Shown one piece after another: positions 20,188 through 29,219 of a stretch of DNA of 32,301 nucleotides. The DNA is from Lactobacillus johnsonii (GTDB lineage: Bacteria; Bacillota; Bacilli; Lactobacillales; Lactobacillaceae). The stretch lies in assembly GCA_048407585.1 (NCBI GenBank), contig DBFNNF010000264.1, forward strand, positions 1 to 32,301. Reading direction: 5' to 3'. The translations under genes were made by a program, and so were the position numbers. Each line of letters starts with the position of its first letter. Position 1 is the stretch's first letter. The notes under the pieces are model-generated. The model did no database searches. It saw nothing but the letters and a program-made list of their open reading frames with translations, and was not told where the DNA came from.

Positions 20188-21291
20188 ATGGTTGAAGTAG
20201 ATTTAAACCATATCTATAAAAAGTACGAAGGAAATGATAAATATTCAGTTAATGACTTTGATTTACATATCAAAGATAAGGAATTTATCGTTTTTGTTGG
20301 ACCATCTGGTTGTGGTAAATCAACTACTTTGAGAATGGTTGCCGGTCTAGAAGATATTTCTAAAGGTACTTTAGAGATTGACCATAAGGTAATGAATGAC
20401 GTTGCACCAAAAGATAGAGACATTGCCATGGTTTTCCAAAACTATGCTTTGTACCCTCATATGTCCATTTACGATAACATGGCTTTTGGATTAAAGCTTC
20501 GTCATTATAAGAAAGATGAAATTGATAAGCGAGTTAAGCATGCAGCAGATATTTTAGGTTTATCAGAATATCTTGATAAAAAACCAGCTGAATTATCTGG
20601 TGGTCAAAGACAGCGTGTTGCCTTAGGACGGGCAATTGTCCGGGATGCTCCAATTTTCTTAATGGATGAACCTTTATCAAACTTGGATGCAAAATTACGT
20701 GTCACAATGCGTGCCGAAATTGCTAAGTTGCACCAAAATTTGGGAACTACTACGATTTACGTTACTCACGATCAAACTGAAGCCATGACTTTAGCAGATC
20801 GGGTAGTAGTTATGTCAGTGGGGAAAGTTCAACAAATTGGTACACCTCTAGAAGTTTACAATACACCAGTAAATATGTTCGTTGCTGGCTTTATTGGATC
20901 TCCTCAAATGAACTTCTTTAATGTTCACTTTAAAGGAAATCGAATTAGCGACGGAAAAGGTCTAGATATCGAAATCCCTGAAGGTAAAGCAAAGATGCTT
21001 AAAGAAAAGGGATATGAAGATAAAGATTTAGTCTTTGGTATTCGTCCTGAAGATATTCATTCAGAGGAAGCTTTCCTTGAAACTTGGCCTAATTCAGTTG
21101 TTGAATCAACTGTTGTTGTTTCAGAGCTACTGGGCTCAACTATTCAGCTTTATCAAAAAGTTGATGGAACAGAATTTGTAGCCATTGTAAATGCCCGTGA
21201 TTACCATACTCCAGGCGATAAAGTGAAAATGGGATTTGATGTTAATAAAGCCCACTTCTTTGATAAAGATACAACGAATGCCATTCGTTAA
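20188..21291 (+). CDS. msmK: Sugar ABC transporter ATP-binding protein (MsmK/MalK)
   Basis: Walker [10 protein letters not shown], signature LSGGQRQR, Walker [13 protein letters not shown]-terminal TOBE-type region. Confidence 0.95.
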   Translation: MVEVDLNHIYKKYEGNDKYSVNDFDLHIKDKEFIVFVGPSGCGKSTTLRMVAGLEDISKGTLEIDHKVMNDVAPKDRDIAMVFQNYALYPHMSIYDNMAFGLKLRHYKKDEIDKRVKHAADILGLSEYLDKKPAELSGGQRQRVALGRAIVRDAPIFLMDEPLSNLDAKLRVTMRAEIAKLHQNLGTTTIYVTHDQTEAMTLADRVVVMSVGKVQQIGTPLEVYNTPVNMFVAGFIGSPQMNFFNVHFKGNRISDGKGLDIEIPEGKAKMLKEKGYEDKDLVFGIRPEDIHSEEAFLETWPNSVVESTVVVSELLGSTIQLYQKVDGTEFVAIVNARDYHTPGDKVKMGFDVNKAHFFDKDTTNAIR

Positions 21292-21402
21292 CTTGCAGGA
21301 GAGGACGCTTCTGCAAAATATTAATTAGGTTTACAACGAGTGTGAAACTTGGTTCACGGTTGTAATAATGTATTTAGCCAGTCATGGCTAGGAGGAAAAA
21401 TC

Positions 21403-22620
21403 ATGAAGTTATGGAAAAAATTGGCTTTAGGTAGTGTTGTAGCAATATCTGCTATTTCATTAACTGCTTGTAGTAACAACTCTAATTCAAATGAATCAAA
21501 GAGCTCAAATAAGCAATTAACTCTTTGGGTAGATACTGCTCGTGTTAGTTGGTATAAGGGTGTAGTAAAAGACTTTGAAAAAGAACATCCTAATATTAAA
21601 GTTAAGGTTACTCAAAACCCTAATGGTTCAGCTAATGCAAAAACTGATGTTGCTAAAGACCCTTCAAAAGCCGCAGATGTATTTGGTGTTCCAAATGACC
21701 AATTAGGTCAAATGGCAGATTCAGGTTACATTAACCCATTGTCACCATCTGATACTAAAGACATTAAGAAGAATTCTGTTCCAGAAGCATACAAAGGTGT
21801 TGAATGGAAAGGCAAGCTTTACGCATATCCATATTCTGAACAAGCTCAAACTGTTTACTATGACAAGTCTAAGCTTTCACCAGAAGATGTTAAATCTTGG
21901 AAGACTATGACTTCTAAAGGTGTAGTTGCAACTGACTTCACTAATGCTTACGTAATGTGGCCAGTAATGTTCTCAGCAGGTACAAAGTTATTTGGTAACA
22001 GCGGAGAAGATGTAAAAGGCTCCACTATGGATTCACAAAATGGTGTAAATGCAATGAAGTGGTACGCTGAACAAAAGAACAATAAAGGCGTTATGCAAAC
22101 TTCAAACGCACTTAACCAATTAAAGAAGGGTAATGCCCAAGCTATCTTAGATGGTCCATGGAACGCAGCTAATATTAAGAAGATTTTAGGTAAGAACTTA
22201 GGAGTTGCTCCATATCCAACCATTGAAGTGGGCGGTAAGACTGCACAAATGGAAGCTTTCTTAGGTATTGAATGTTTCGCTGTTAACTCACATACTTCTA
22301 ATGCTAAGAATGCAGCAATTTTGGCTAAATACTTATCTAACAAAGAAAACCAATTAATTGTTCACAAGAATGCTGGTGAAATTCCTGTAAACAAGGCCGC
22401 TCAAAATACTGCAGAGGTTAAGAACGACCCAGTTGCTAAGGCTGTAATTCAAATGGCTCAACCAGGCTACTCAGTTCTTCAACCTAAATTGCCACAAATG
22501 TCAATCTTCTGGAACGACTCAGCTCCATTAATTAGTGGTGCATACGACGGCAAGATTAAGCCATCTCAATACAAGAGTAAGCTTGCTAAATTACAAAAGA
22601 AGATTTCTAAGGAAGAATAA
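21403..22620 (+). CDS. malE: Maltodextrin ABC transporter substrate-binding lipoprotein
   Basis: Signal peptide with lipobox LTAC, ADVF..P.DQLG, DGPW. Start placed after GGAGGA. Confidence 0.9.
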   Translation: MKLWKKLALGSVVAISAISLTACSNNSNSNESKSSNKQLTLWVDTARVSWYKGVVKDFEKEHPNIKVKVTQNPNGSANAKTDVAKDPSKAADVFGVPNDQLGQMADSGYINPLSPSDTKDIKKNSVPEAYKGVEWKGKLYAYPYSEQAQTVYYDKSKLSPEDVKSWKTMTSKGVVATDFTNAYVMWPVMFSAGTKLFGNSGEDVKGSTMDSQNGVNAMKWYAEQKNNKGVMQTSNALNQLKKGNAQAILDGPWNAANIKKILGKNLGVAPYPTIEVGGKTAQMEAFLGIECFAVNSHTSNAKNAAILAKYLSNKENQLIVHKNAGEIPVNKAAQNTAEVKNDPVAKAVIQMAQPGYSVLQPKLPQMSIFWNDSAPLISGAYDGKIKPSQYKSKLAKLQKKISKEE

Positions 22621-22656
22621 TCTTGAAAAAACACATAAGCAAAGGTTTGATTAATT

Positions 22657-24012
22657 ATGTTTAAGAAAAAACATGCTACGCCTGCAGTTACCTTAAAGGA
22701 AACATGGAAAGATGGAGATGCAGTAACAAAATTATCATTCTTCATCATGGGCTTAAATGCTATTAAACATCGGCAATGGGTAAAAGGATTTTCACTTTTA
22801 TTTGCTGAAATTGTATTTTTAGTTTGGTTCTTTTTAAGTGGAATCCATTCAATTGCTGGATTAAGGAACTTAGGTGCAATAAAGAGTAAACGTGTTGTAT
22901 TTGATAAAGCACAGGGAGTATATGTTACTCAACAACCAGATAATTCTGTTTTAATTCTCTTATTTGGTATTCTGGCTTTATTCATTGTTGCTGGTTTTAT
23001 CTATCTATATATCATTAATTTGAAATCTAATAAGCATACTTTCTTATTAGAAAAGAGACATGAACATATTCCAACTAACCGTGAAGAAATTGCATCTTTG
23101 TTTGATCAAAGATTACATGCAACTTTGATGACAATTCCAATTGTTTTAATCATTTTATTTACGGTTTTGCCAACAGTCTTCATGATTTCAATGGCATTTA
23201 CTAACTATGATCGTCAACACTCAGTTGGATTTTCCTGGACTGGTTTTCAAGCATTTGGCAACGTGTTGAGTGGTGATTTAGCAGGTACCTTCTTCCCAGT
23301 TTTAGGTTGGACCTTAATTTGGGCTGTTGCTGCTACAGCTACTACTTTCTTCTTTGGTGTCTTACTCGCTCTTTTGATTGAATCTAAGGGAATTAAGCAT
23401 AAGAACCTATGGAGAACAATTTTCGTAATTGTTTATGCTGTACCACAATTTGTTTCTTTATTAATGATGGCGCAATTCCTTGACTATCAAGGGCCATTAA
23501 ACACCTTACTTATGAATTGGGGATGGATTAGCCACCCAATTCACTTCATTGATAATCAGGCTAGTCCTCTTGTTGCTAGAATTACAGTTATTGTGGTTAA
23601 CATGTGGATTGGTATCCCAGTTTCAATGTTAACTTCAACAGCCATTATTCAAAACTTACCCCAAGATCAAATTGAAGCTGCTCGTATTGATGGGGCAAGT
23701 CCAGTACAAATTTTCAACCACATTACATTCCCTCAAATTTTATTCGTAATGTCTCCAGCTTTGATTCAACAATTTATTGGTAACATCAACAACTTCAATG
23801 TTATCTACTTGTTGACTGGTGGTGCACCAATGAACAATAACTACAATGGTGCTGGTTCAACAGACTTGCTTGTAACTTGGCTATATAACTTGACATTTGG
23901 TCAAGAACAACGCTATAACGCATCAGCTGTTTTGGGTATCTTGATCTTTATCATTAGTGCTACATTCTCACTAATTGCATATCGTCATACTAACGCATAC
24001 AAGGAGGGCTAA
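22657..24012 (+). CDS. malF: Maltodextrin ABC permease
   Basis: Multiple TM segments, EAARIDGA loop, FNVIYLLTGG.P, TDLLVTWLY. Confidence 0.9.
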   Translation: MFKKKHATPAVTLKETWKDGDAVTKLSFFIMGLNAIKHRQWVKGFSLLFAEIVFLVWFFLSGIHSIAGLRNLGAIKSKRVVFDKAQGVYVTQQPDNSVLILLFGILALFIVAGFIYLYIINLKSNKHTFLLEKRHEHIPTNREEIASLFDQRLHATLMTIPIVLIILFTVLPTVFMISMAFTNYDRQHSVGFSWTGFQAFGNVLSGDLAGTFFPVLGWTLIWAVAATATTFFFGVLLALLIESKGIKHKNLWRTIFVIVYAVPQFVSLLMMAQFLDYQGPLNTLLMNWGWISHPIHFIDNQASPLVARITVIVVNMWIGIPVSMLTSTAIIQNLPQDQIEAARIDGASPVQIFNHITFPQILFVMSPALIQQFIGNINNFNVIYLLTGGAPMNNNYNGAGSTDLLVTWLYNLTFGQEQRYNASAVLGILIFIISATFSLIAYRHTNAYKEG

Positions 24013-24014
24013 AA

Positions 24015-24872
24015 ATGAAGTCTTATCATAACCAAAGAAGAATTGCTTTAATTTTTAGATATGTTCTATTAGCCATCCTGGCTGTTTTATGGATATTCCC
24101 AATTATTTGGATCATTTTAGCAAGTTTTTCATACAATAATACAGGATTTGTATCTACAATTTGGCCGGAAAAATTTACTTGGCAAAATTATGTTGGGATT
24201 CTTACTAGTTCACAATATCCGTTTATAAACTGGGTATTAAATACCTTATTTGTTGCTGTTATTTCAGCAACTCTATCAACTTTTGTAACTATTGGAGTTG
24301 CTTACGTATTATCAAGATTACGCTTTCGCTTCCGTAAGCCATTTTTACAAATTGCTTTGGTATTAGGAATGTTCCCAGGTTTCATGTCAATGATTGCCTT
24401 GTACTACATTTTAAAGGCATTAAACATGTTAAACCTTGGCGGATTGATCTTAGTTTATGTTGGTGGTGCTGGCCTTGGCTTCTACATTGCTAAAGGTTTC
24501 TTTGATACTATGCCACGAGCAATTGATGAAGCTGCTGAAATTGACGGCGCTACGAAATGGCAAGTATTCATTCATATTGGATTACCACTTTCAAAGCCAA
24601 TGATTGTTTATACTGCTCTTACTTCATTCATGGCACCATGGGTAGACTTCATTTTCTCAGGTATCATCCTCTCTACCTCAGGAAATCCGAAGACCTACAC
24701 TGTTGCCTATGGACTATATAACATGGTTCACTCGGCAAAGGGTACGATGGCTCAATTCTTTACTCAGTTCATTGCCGGATGTGTAATCATTGCGATCCCA
24801 ATTACAATTTTGTTCATTGTAATGCAAAAATTCTATGTTAATGGAATCACAGCAGGTGCTGATAAAGGTTAA
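24015..24872 (+). CDS. malG: Maltodextrin ABC permease
   Basis: KGFFDT.P..IDEAAEIDGA loop; C-terminal G.TAG..KG. Confidence 0.9.
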   Translation: MKSYHNQRRIALIFRYVLLAILAVLWIFPIIWIILASFSYNNTGFVSTIWPEKFTWQNYVGILTSSQYPFINWVLNTLFVAVISATLSTFVTIGVAYVLSRLRFRFRKPFLQIALVLGMFPGFMSMIALYYILKALNMLNLGGLILVYVGGAGLGFYIAKGFFDTMPRAIDEAAEIDGATKWQVFIHIGLPLSKPMIVYTALTSFMAPWVDFIFSGIILSTSGNPKTYTVAYGLYNMVHSAKGTMAQFFTQFIAGCVIIAIPITILFIVMQKFYVNGITAGADKG

Positions 24873-24891
24873 TCAAATTAAAGTTTATGTG

Positions 24892-24925
24892 AAAAAAGTG
24901 TCCTGTCTTAACAGGGCACTTTTTT
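24892..24925 (+). terminator. Intrinsic terminator after malG
   Basis: AAAAAAGTGTCCTGT-ctta-ACAGGGCACTTTTTT. Confidence 0.85.
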
Positions 24926-24946
24926 ATTTGTTTGAAGGAGAAAAAT

Positions 24947-26563
24947 ATGAAACCTTGGTGGAAAAAAGCTGTTGTTTATCAAGTTTATCCTAAGTCATTT
25001 CAAGATAGTAATGGTGATGGAATTGGAGATATCCCCGGAATCATTTCACGACTGGGGTATCTAGAAAAACTAGGAATTGATGCTATTTGGCTGTCGCCTG
25101 TTTACTTGTCCCCTGGTGTAGATAATGGCTATGATATCTCTGATTATCAAAAAATAGACCCACAATACGGAACAATGGGTGACATGGATAATCTGATTAG
25201 AGAAGCTAAAAAACATCATATACGCATTATTATGGACCTTGTCGTTAACCATACATCTGACCAGCATCCTTGGTTCATTGAAGCAAGAAAGAGTAAGGAT
25301 AATCCATACAGAGATTTCTATATTTGGCGTGATCCGGTAGAGGGCCATGAACCTAATAAGTTGAAATCTGCTTTTTCTGGTTCAGCTTGGAAGTTTGATG
25401 AAAAAACTGGTCAATATTACTTACACTTCTTTGATGATCAACAACAAGATCTTAATTGGAATAACCCAAAATTAAGAAATAAAATTTATGAAATGATGAA
25501 TTATTGGATCGATAAGGGAATTGGCGGCTTTAGGATGGATGTCATTGAACTTATCGGAAAAGATCCCGATAAAAAGATTCGCGAGAATGGTCCAATGCTT
25601 CATCCATATTTAAAAGAGATGAATGAGAATACTTTTGCCGGTAAAGAATTAATGACAGTGGGTGAAACATGGAACTCTACTCCAAAAATTGCTGCCGAAT
25701 ATTCAGATCCAGCTCGTCATGAATTATCGATGGTATTTCAATTTGAAAATCAAGGCTTAGATCAGCAAGAAGGAAAAGAAAAATGGGATTTACGGCAGCT
25801 TGATTTAGGTGAATTGAAAAAAGTTCTAGTTAAATGGCAAACTGAAATTGATTTTGACCATGCATGGAACAGTCTTTTTTGGGAAAATCATGATATTCCG
25901 CGAGTTATTTCACGATGGGGAAATGACAAAGAATATCGAATTCAAAGCGCAAAAATGTTTGCGATTGTACTGCATTTAATGCACGGAACCCCTTATATCT
26001 ATAATGGTGAAGAAATTGGCATGACGAATTGTCCTGTTAAGTCAATTGATGAAGTAGAAGACATTGAAAGTATCAATATGTATCGTGAAAGAATTGATAA
26101 GGGCTACAGTAAGGATGAACTAATTAAAGCAATTAATACTAAAGGTCGAGATAATGCACGCCGCCCAATGCAGTGGTCAAACGAAGAAAGTGCGGGCTTT
26201 ACTACTGGAAAACCATGGTTAAAATTAAATCCAAACTACAAGACAATTAACGTTGAAGAAGCCTTGGAAGATCCAAATTCTATTTTTTATACCTATCAAA
26301 AGCTAATTAGACTGCGACATGAAAATCCTGTTGTTGTAGATGGAGACTTTGAACTTGTTGAAAATACTAGTGACAATATTTTGGCTTTTTGGCGAAAACT
26401 AGAAGATGAAAACTGGCTAGTAGTCGCTAACTTGTCTGGTGAGGACCAAAATCTAAATTTAGATATTCCCTTTAAAGAAGTTTTGATTAGTAACTATGAA
26501 AAACGGGACAGTTTAAAGGATATGGTTTTAAAACCTTATGAAGCTTTTGCTGTTAAGGCGTAG
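24947..26563 (+). CDS. dexB: Glucan 1,6-alpha-glucosidase (GH13_31, DexB-like)
   Basis: WWKKAVVYQVYPKSFQDSNGDG, catalytic GFRMDVIELIGK / VGE / ENHD, GRDNAR.PMQW. Start placed after AAGGAG. Confidence 0.85.
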   Translation: MKPWWKKAVVYQVYPKSFQDSNGDGIGDIPGIISRLGYLEKLGIDAIWLSPVYLSPGVDNGYDISDYQKIDPQYGTMGDMDNLIREAKKHHIRIIMDLVVNHTSDQHPWFIEARKSKDNPYRDFYIWRDPVEGHEPNKLKSAFSGSAWKFDEKTGQYYLHFFDDQQQDLNWNNPKLRNKIYEMMNYWIDKGIGGFRMDVIELIGKDPDKKIRENGPMLHPYLKEMNENTFAGKELMTVGETWNSTPKIAAEYSDPARHELSMVFQFENQGLDQQEGKEKWDLRQLDLGELKKVLVKWQTEIDFDHAWNSLFWENHDIPRVISRWGNDKEYRIQSAKMFAIVLHLMHGTPYIYNGEEIGMTNCPVKSIDEVEDIESINMYRERIDKGYSKDELIKAINTKGRDNARRPMQWSNEESAGFTTGKPWLKLNPNYKTINVEEALEDPNSIFYTYQKLIRLRHENPVVVDGDFELVENTSDNILAFWRKLEDENWLVVANLSGEDQNLNLDIPFKEVLISNYEKRDSLKDMVLKPYEAFAVKA

Positions 26564-26564
26564 C

Positions 26565-26600
26565 AAAAAAGACGCATTGAATTTTATCAGTGCGTCTTTA
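26565..26600. terminator. Bidirectional terminator between dexB and the HD gene
   Basis: AAAAAAGACGCATTGA-atttta-TCAGTGCGTCTTT. Confidence 0.8.
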
Positions 26601-26602
26601 GC

Positions 26603-27967
26603 TTATTTCTTTTTATTTGGACGTCGTAAGTGGCGTAAAGTATTATTTCGAATATATTTTTGGAATTCTTGATAAATTGGATCAAAAATTTGAGGTTCAT
26701 CAGTTTCTTTAACCATTACTTTTGGAAAGAAGAAACGCTCATCTCCTTGGAGAGTTCCATTTAAGGATTTAACGAGTGGACTCAATTCAGATAGTTCGAC
26801 TAAGCTGCCATCAGCTTGCATGATCTCAATTGGACTATGAGCATTTTTTCCAGTTGGCTTATATGCGTCATAAGGCTCATCAAAAGCTGAATTAGTAGCA
26901 GTATAGTAGTTAGGATCAAAACCAGCTTGCTTAATGAGATTCTTTAGTTTTGGCAGTAAACTCTTAGTATCCTCATTAATCTTGACACTTTCAAGGGGAT
27001 GACGGTATAAGTAACGATTTGAAAGGTCAGATAAAATTTGATCCCCTGAGTTGGTCCAGAGTAAGAAATTAGTTTCCATCACGCCATCATCTAACTTGAG
27101 ATAATCTTCAAGTGTCCATTTTCCGTTCAAAAAGGCTTCGAGTTGAGGAGTAACTTGAAGTTTACCTTCTTCGTAAATAATTTGAGCTCGTTCAAGTAAA
27201 TGATGTAAGATAACTTCCATTGAACGATTGACGCGATGGAAATAAACTTGTTGATACATTTGATATCGGCTAATGATGTAATCCTCGACTGAGTGGATAC
27301 CTTTATCTGTAAAGCAGATACCATCTCTATAGGGACGGATTACTTCTAAAATTCTCGTTAAGTCAAAACTTCCATAAGTTACGCCAGTAAAGTAAGCATC
27401 CCGCAGTAAGTAATCCATTCTGTCTGCGTCAGCTTGACTTGAAATTAGTTTGACTACCTGAGGATTAGGATATGTTTTAGCAATAACACTAGCAACTAAT
27501 TCTGGAAAATTAGGACTTACTTTTCTCAGGGCTTGATTTACTTCAGTATTTTTATCGGTAATAATTTGTTGGCCCATTTTTTCATGATTAGTACCAAATA
27601 GGTGCTCAAAAGTATGAGAATAAGGGCCATGACCGATATCATGAAGTAAAGCTGCACATTCTGCTAAGAGTCTTTCGTCTGGATTCCATAATCCGTCGCC
27701 TGGCTCTTTACTTACATACTTTTCTTCAAAAATATCACAAATTCTCCGGGTTAATTCATAAACGCCCAGGTTATGTTCAAAGCGAGTATGAGTTGCACCT
27801 TGAAAAACGTAAGATGCCGGTCCTAATTGCTTAATTCGGCGTAAACGTTGGAATTCCTTTGAATTAATGATATCTAAAATAACTTGATCTTTAACATGAA
27901 TATAATTGTGAACTGGATCTCTTAATACTTTTTCATGATCCAGCTTTTTACTTTGAAATTTTTCCAT
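26603..27967 (-). CDS. HD-domain phosphohydrolase (YwfO / SAMHD1-like dNTP triphosphohydrolase family)
   Basis: DPVH.YI, FQRLRRIKQLG, HTRFEH, LLHDIGHGPYSH.FE, DADRMDYLLRD, R..MY.QVYFH. Confidence 0.9.
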   Translation of the reverse strand: MEKFQSKKLDHEKVLRDPVHNYIHVKDQVILDIINSKEFQRLRRIKQLGPASYVFQGATHTRFEHNLGVYELTRRICDIFEEKYVSKEPGDGLWNPDERLLAECAALLHDIGHGPYSHTFEHLFGTNHEKMGQQIITDKNTEVNQALRKVSPNFPELVASVIAKTYPNPQVVKLISSQADADRMDYLLRDAYFTGVTYGSFDLTRILEVIRPYRDGICFTDKGIHSVEDYIISRYQMYQQVYFHRVNRSMEVILHHLLERAQIIYEEGKLQVTPQLEAFLNGKWTLEDYLKLDDGVMETNFLLWTNSGDQILSDLSNRYLYRHPLESVKINEDTKSLLPKLKNLIKQAGFDPNYYTATNSAFDEPYDAYKPTGKNAHSPIEIMQADGSLVELSELSPLVKSLNGTLQGDERFFFPKVMVKETDEPQIFDPIYQEFQKYIRNNTLRHLRRPNKKK

Positions 27968-28012
27968 TTTTCTTATACTATTTTCTCGGATAATAAAATA
28001 AATTTGCTAACG

Positions 28013-28034
28013 TATAATCAATTTGATTATAACA
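28013..28034. promoter_or_regulatory. Palindromic bidirectional -10 pair (HD gene / DUF1934-rpoE)
   Basis: TATAATCAA-t-TTGATTATA gives TATAAT on both strands; the minus copy has an extended TG. Confidence 0.6.
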
Positions 28035-28079
28035 ATAATGCTACTTTAAGGCTATCTTGGCGTGAATGAAGGTGAAAAT

Positions 28080-28499
28080 ATGAGCAAGAAAGTTGAGATT
28101 AAAATTACTAGTAAAATTCATCAGGAAGATGAATCAGCCGTTTTTGAAAGAGATGGCTTAGGATCAATTGAAAAAGTTGGTGAAGATTGGCGCATAAAAT
28201 ATAGCGAAAAAAATAAAGAGGGCGATGTTGAGGTAAAATTATTAATTAAGCCAAATGAGCTTGTAATGCAACGGGGCGACGCTAAAGGTGATCATACGCT
28301 AATGAAATTTGAACCAGGAGAAAAAAGAAAATGCAAGGTTGTAGCTTCTGGTAAGCAAATGAATTTAGAGTCTTTGACTAATAAATTGAATTTTTCTGAA
28401 ATTTCTCCAGGAAAGATGCAACTAAAAGTTGAATATGATCTCTTTTCTGGTCTATACTTAGTAGGTAACTATGCAATAAAGATTGATATAATAGAATAG
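28080..28499 (+). CDS. DUF1934 (YwiB-like) beta-barrel protein
   Basis: Beta-rich sequence with Y.E, R.G and M.F..G motifs; position immediately upstream of rpoE is typical in lactobacilli. Confidence 0.7.
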   Translation: MSKKVEIKITSKIHQEDESAVFERDGLGSIEKVGEDWRIKYSEKNKEGDVEVKLLIKPNELVMQRGDAKGDHTLMKFEPGEKRKCKVVASGKQMNLESLTNKLNFSEISPGKMQLKVEYDLFSGLYLVGNYAIKIDIIE

Positions 28500-28547
28500 A
28501 TCTTTAGCAAATTTAGATAAATTGATTACGTGAAAGGACGTGCCACT

Positions 28548-29090
28548 GTGGGGTTAGATGATTTTCAAGGCCAAAATAAAGACGAATTGTCAATGATCGA
28601 AGTTGCTCGTGCAATTTTACAAGATAGCGGCAAGCGAATGGCCTTTGCTGATATCGTTAACGCCGTCCAGAACTTTCTGGGTAAGAGTGACGAAGAAATT
28701 CGTGAGCGTTTGCCACAATTTTACACTGATATGAACACTGATGGTGAATTCATTTCAATGGGTGATAATGTTTGGGCATTGCGTTCTTGGTTCCCATATG
28801 AATCTGTTGATGAAGAAGTAAACCATCCAGAAGATGAAGAAGATGTACCACGTAAGAAACACCACAAGAAAGTTAATGCTTTCATTGGTGATTCTGACGA
28901 TGATGATATTATCGACTACGATTCAGATGATCCAGAAGATGAAGATTTGGATGTTGACGAGGAAGATACTAATGAAGACGACTACTCAGATGATGATCTT
29001 GATGATGCCGATGACAATGAATTAGATGATGGTATTGAAGGCCAATTATCTGAACTTCATCAAGATGATCTTGATGACGATGATGAGTAA
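28548..29090 (+). CDS. rpoE: RNA polymerase delta subunit
   Basis: ELSMIEVA, QFYTDMN.DG.F...G.N.W.LRSW, a basic tract and a highly acidic tail. GTG start after AAAGGA. Confidence 0.97.
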   Translation: MGLDDFQGQNKDELSMIEVARAILQDSGKRMAFADIVNAVQNFLGKSDEEIRERLPQFYTDMNTDGEFISMGDNVWALRSWFPYESVDEEVNHPEDEEDVPRKKHHKKVNAFIGDSDDDDIIDYDSDDPEDEDLDVDEEDTNEDDYSDDDLDDADDNELDDGIEGQLSELHQDDLDDDDE

Positions 29091-29095
29091 AGTAC

Positions 29096-29179
29096 TTGAC
29101 GGAAAGCAAATTTCCCTTTAGTATTTTGTATGGGCACTCTATGTGCAATTAAGCTCCCATGTATTTGGGAGCTTTTTTT
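29096..29179 (+). promoter_or_regulatory. pyrG promoter and CTP-sensing (reiterative transcription) attenuator
   Basis: TTGACG, 17 nt, TAGTAT; +1 region GGGCAC (29132); terminator AAGCTCCCA-tgtatt-TGGGAGCTT-TTTTT containing GCTCCC. Confidence 0.85.
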
Positions 29180-29219
29180 GATTTTAACAGAGAATAAAAG
29201 AAAAGAGAGGAAGCACGGC

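Noticed and set aside
13696..25400. Similarity between the 5' regions of malL and dexB as a recent duplication
   Set aside because: It is confined to conserved GH13 motifs, consistent with old paralogy.
28890..29090. GAT/GAC-rich low-complexity stretch as a tandem repeat array
   Set aside because: It encodes the normal acidic tail of RNA polymerase delta.
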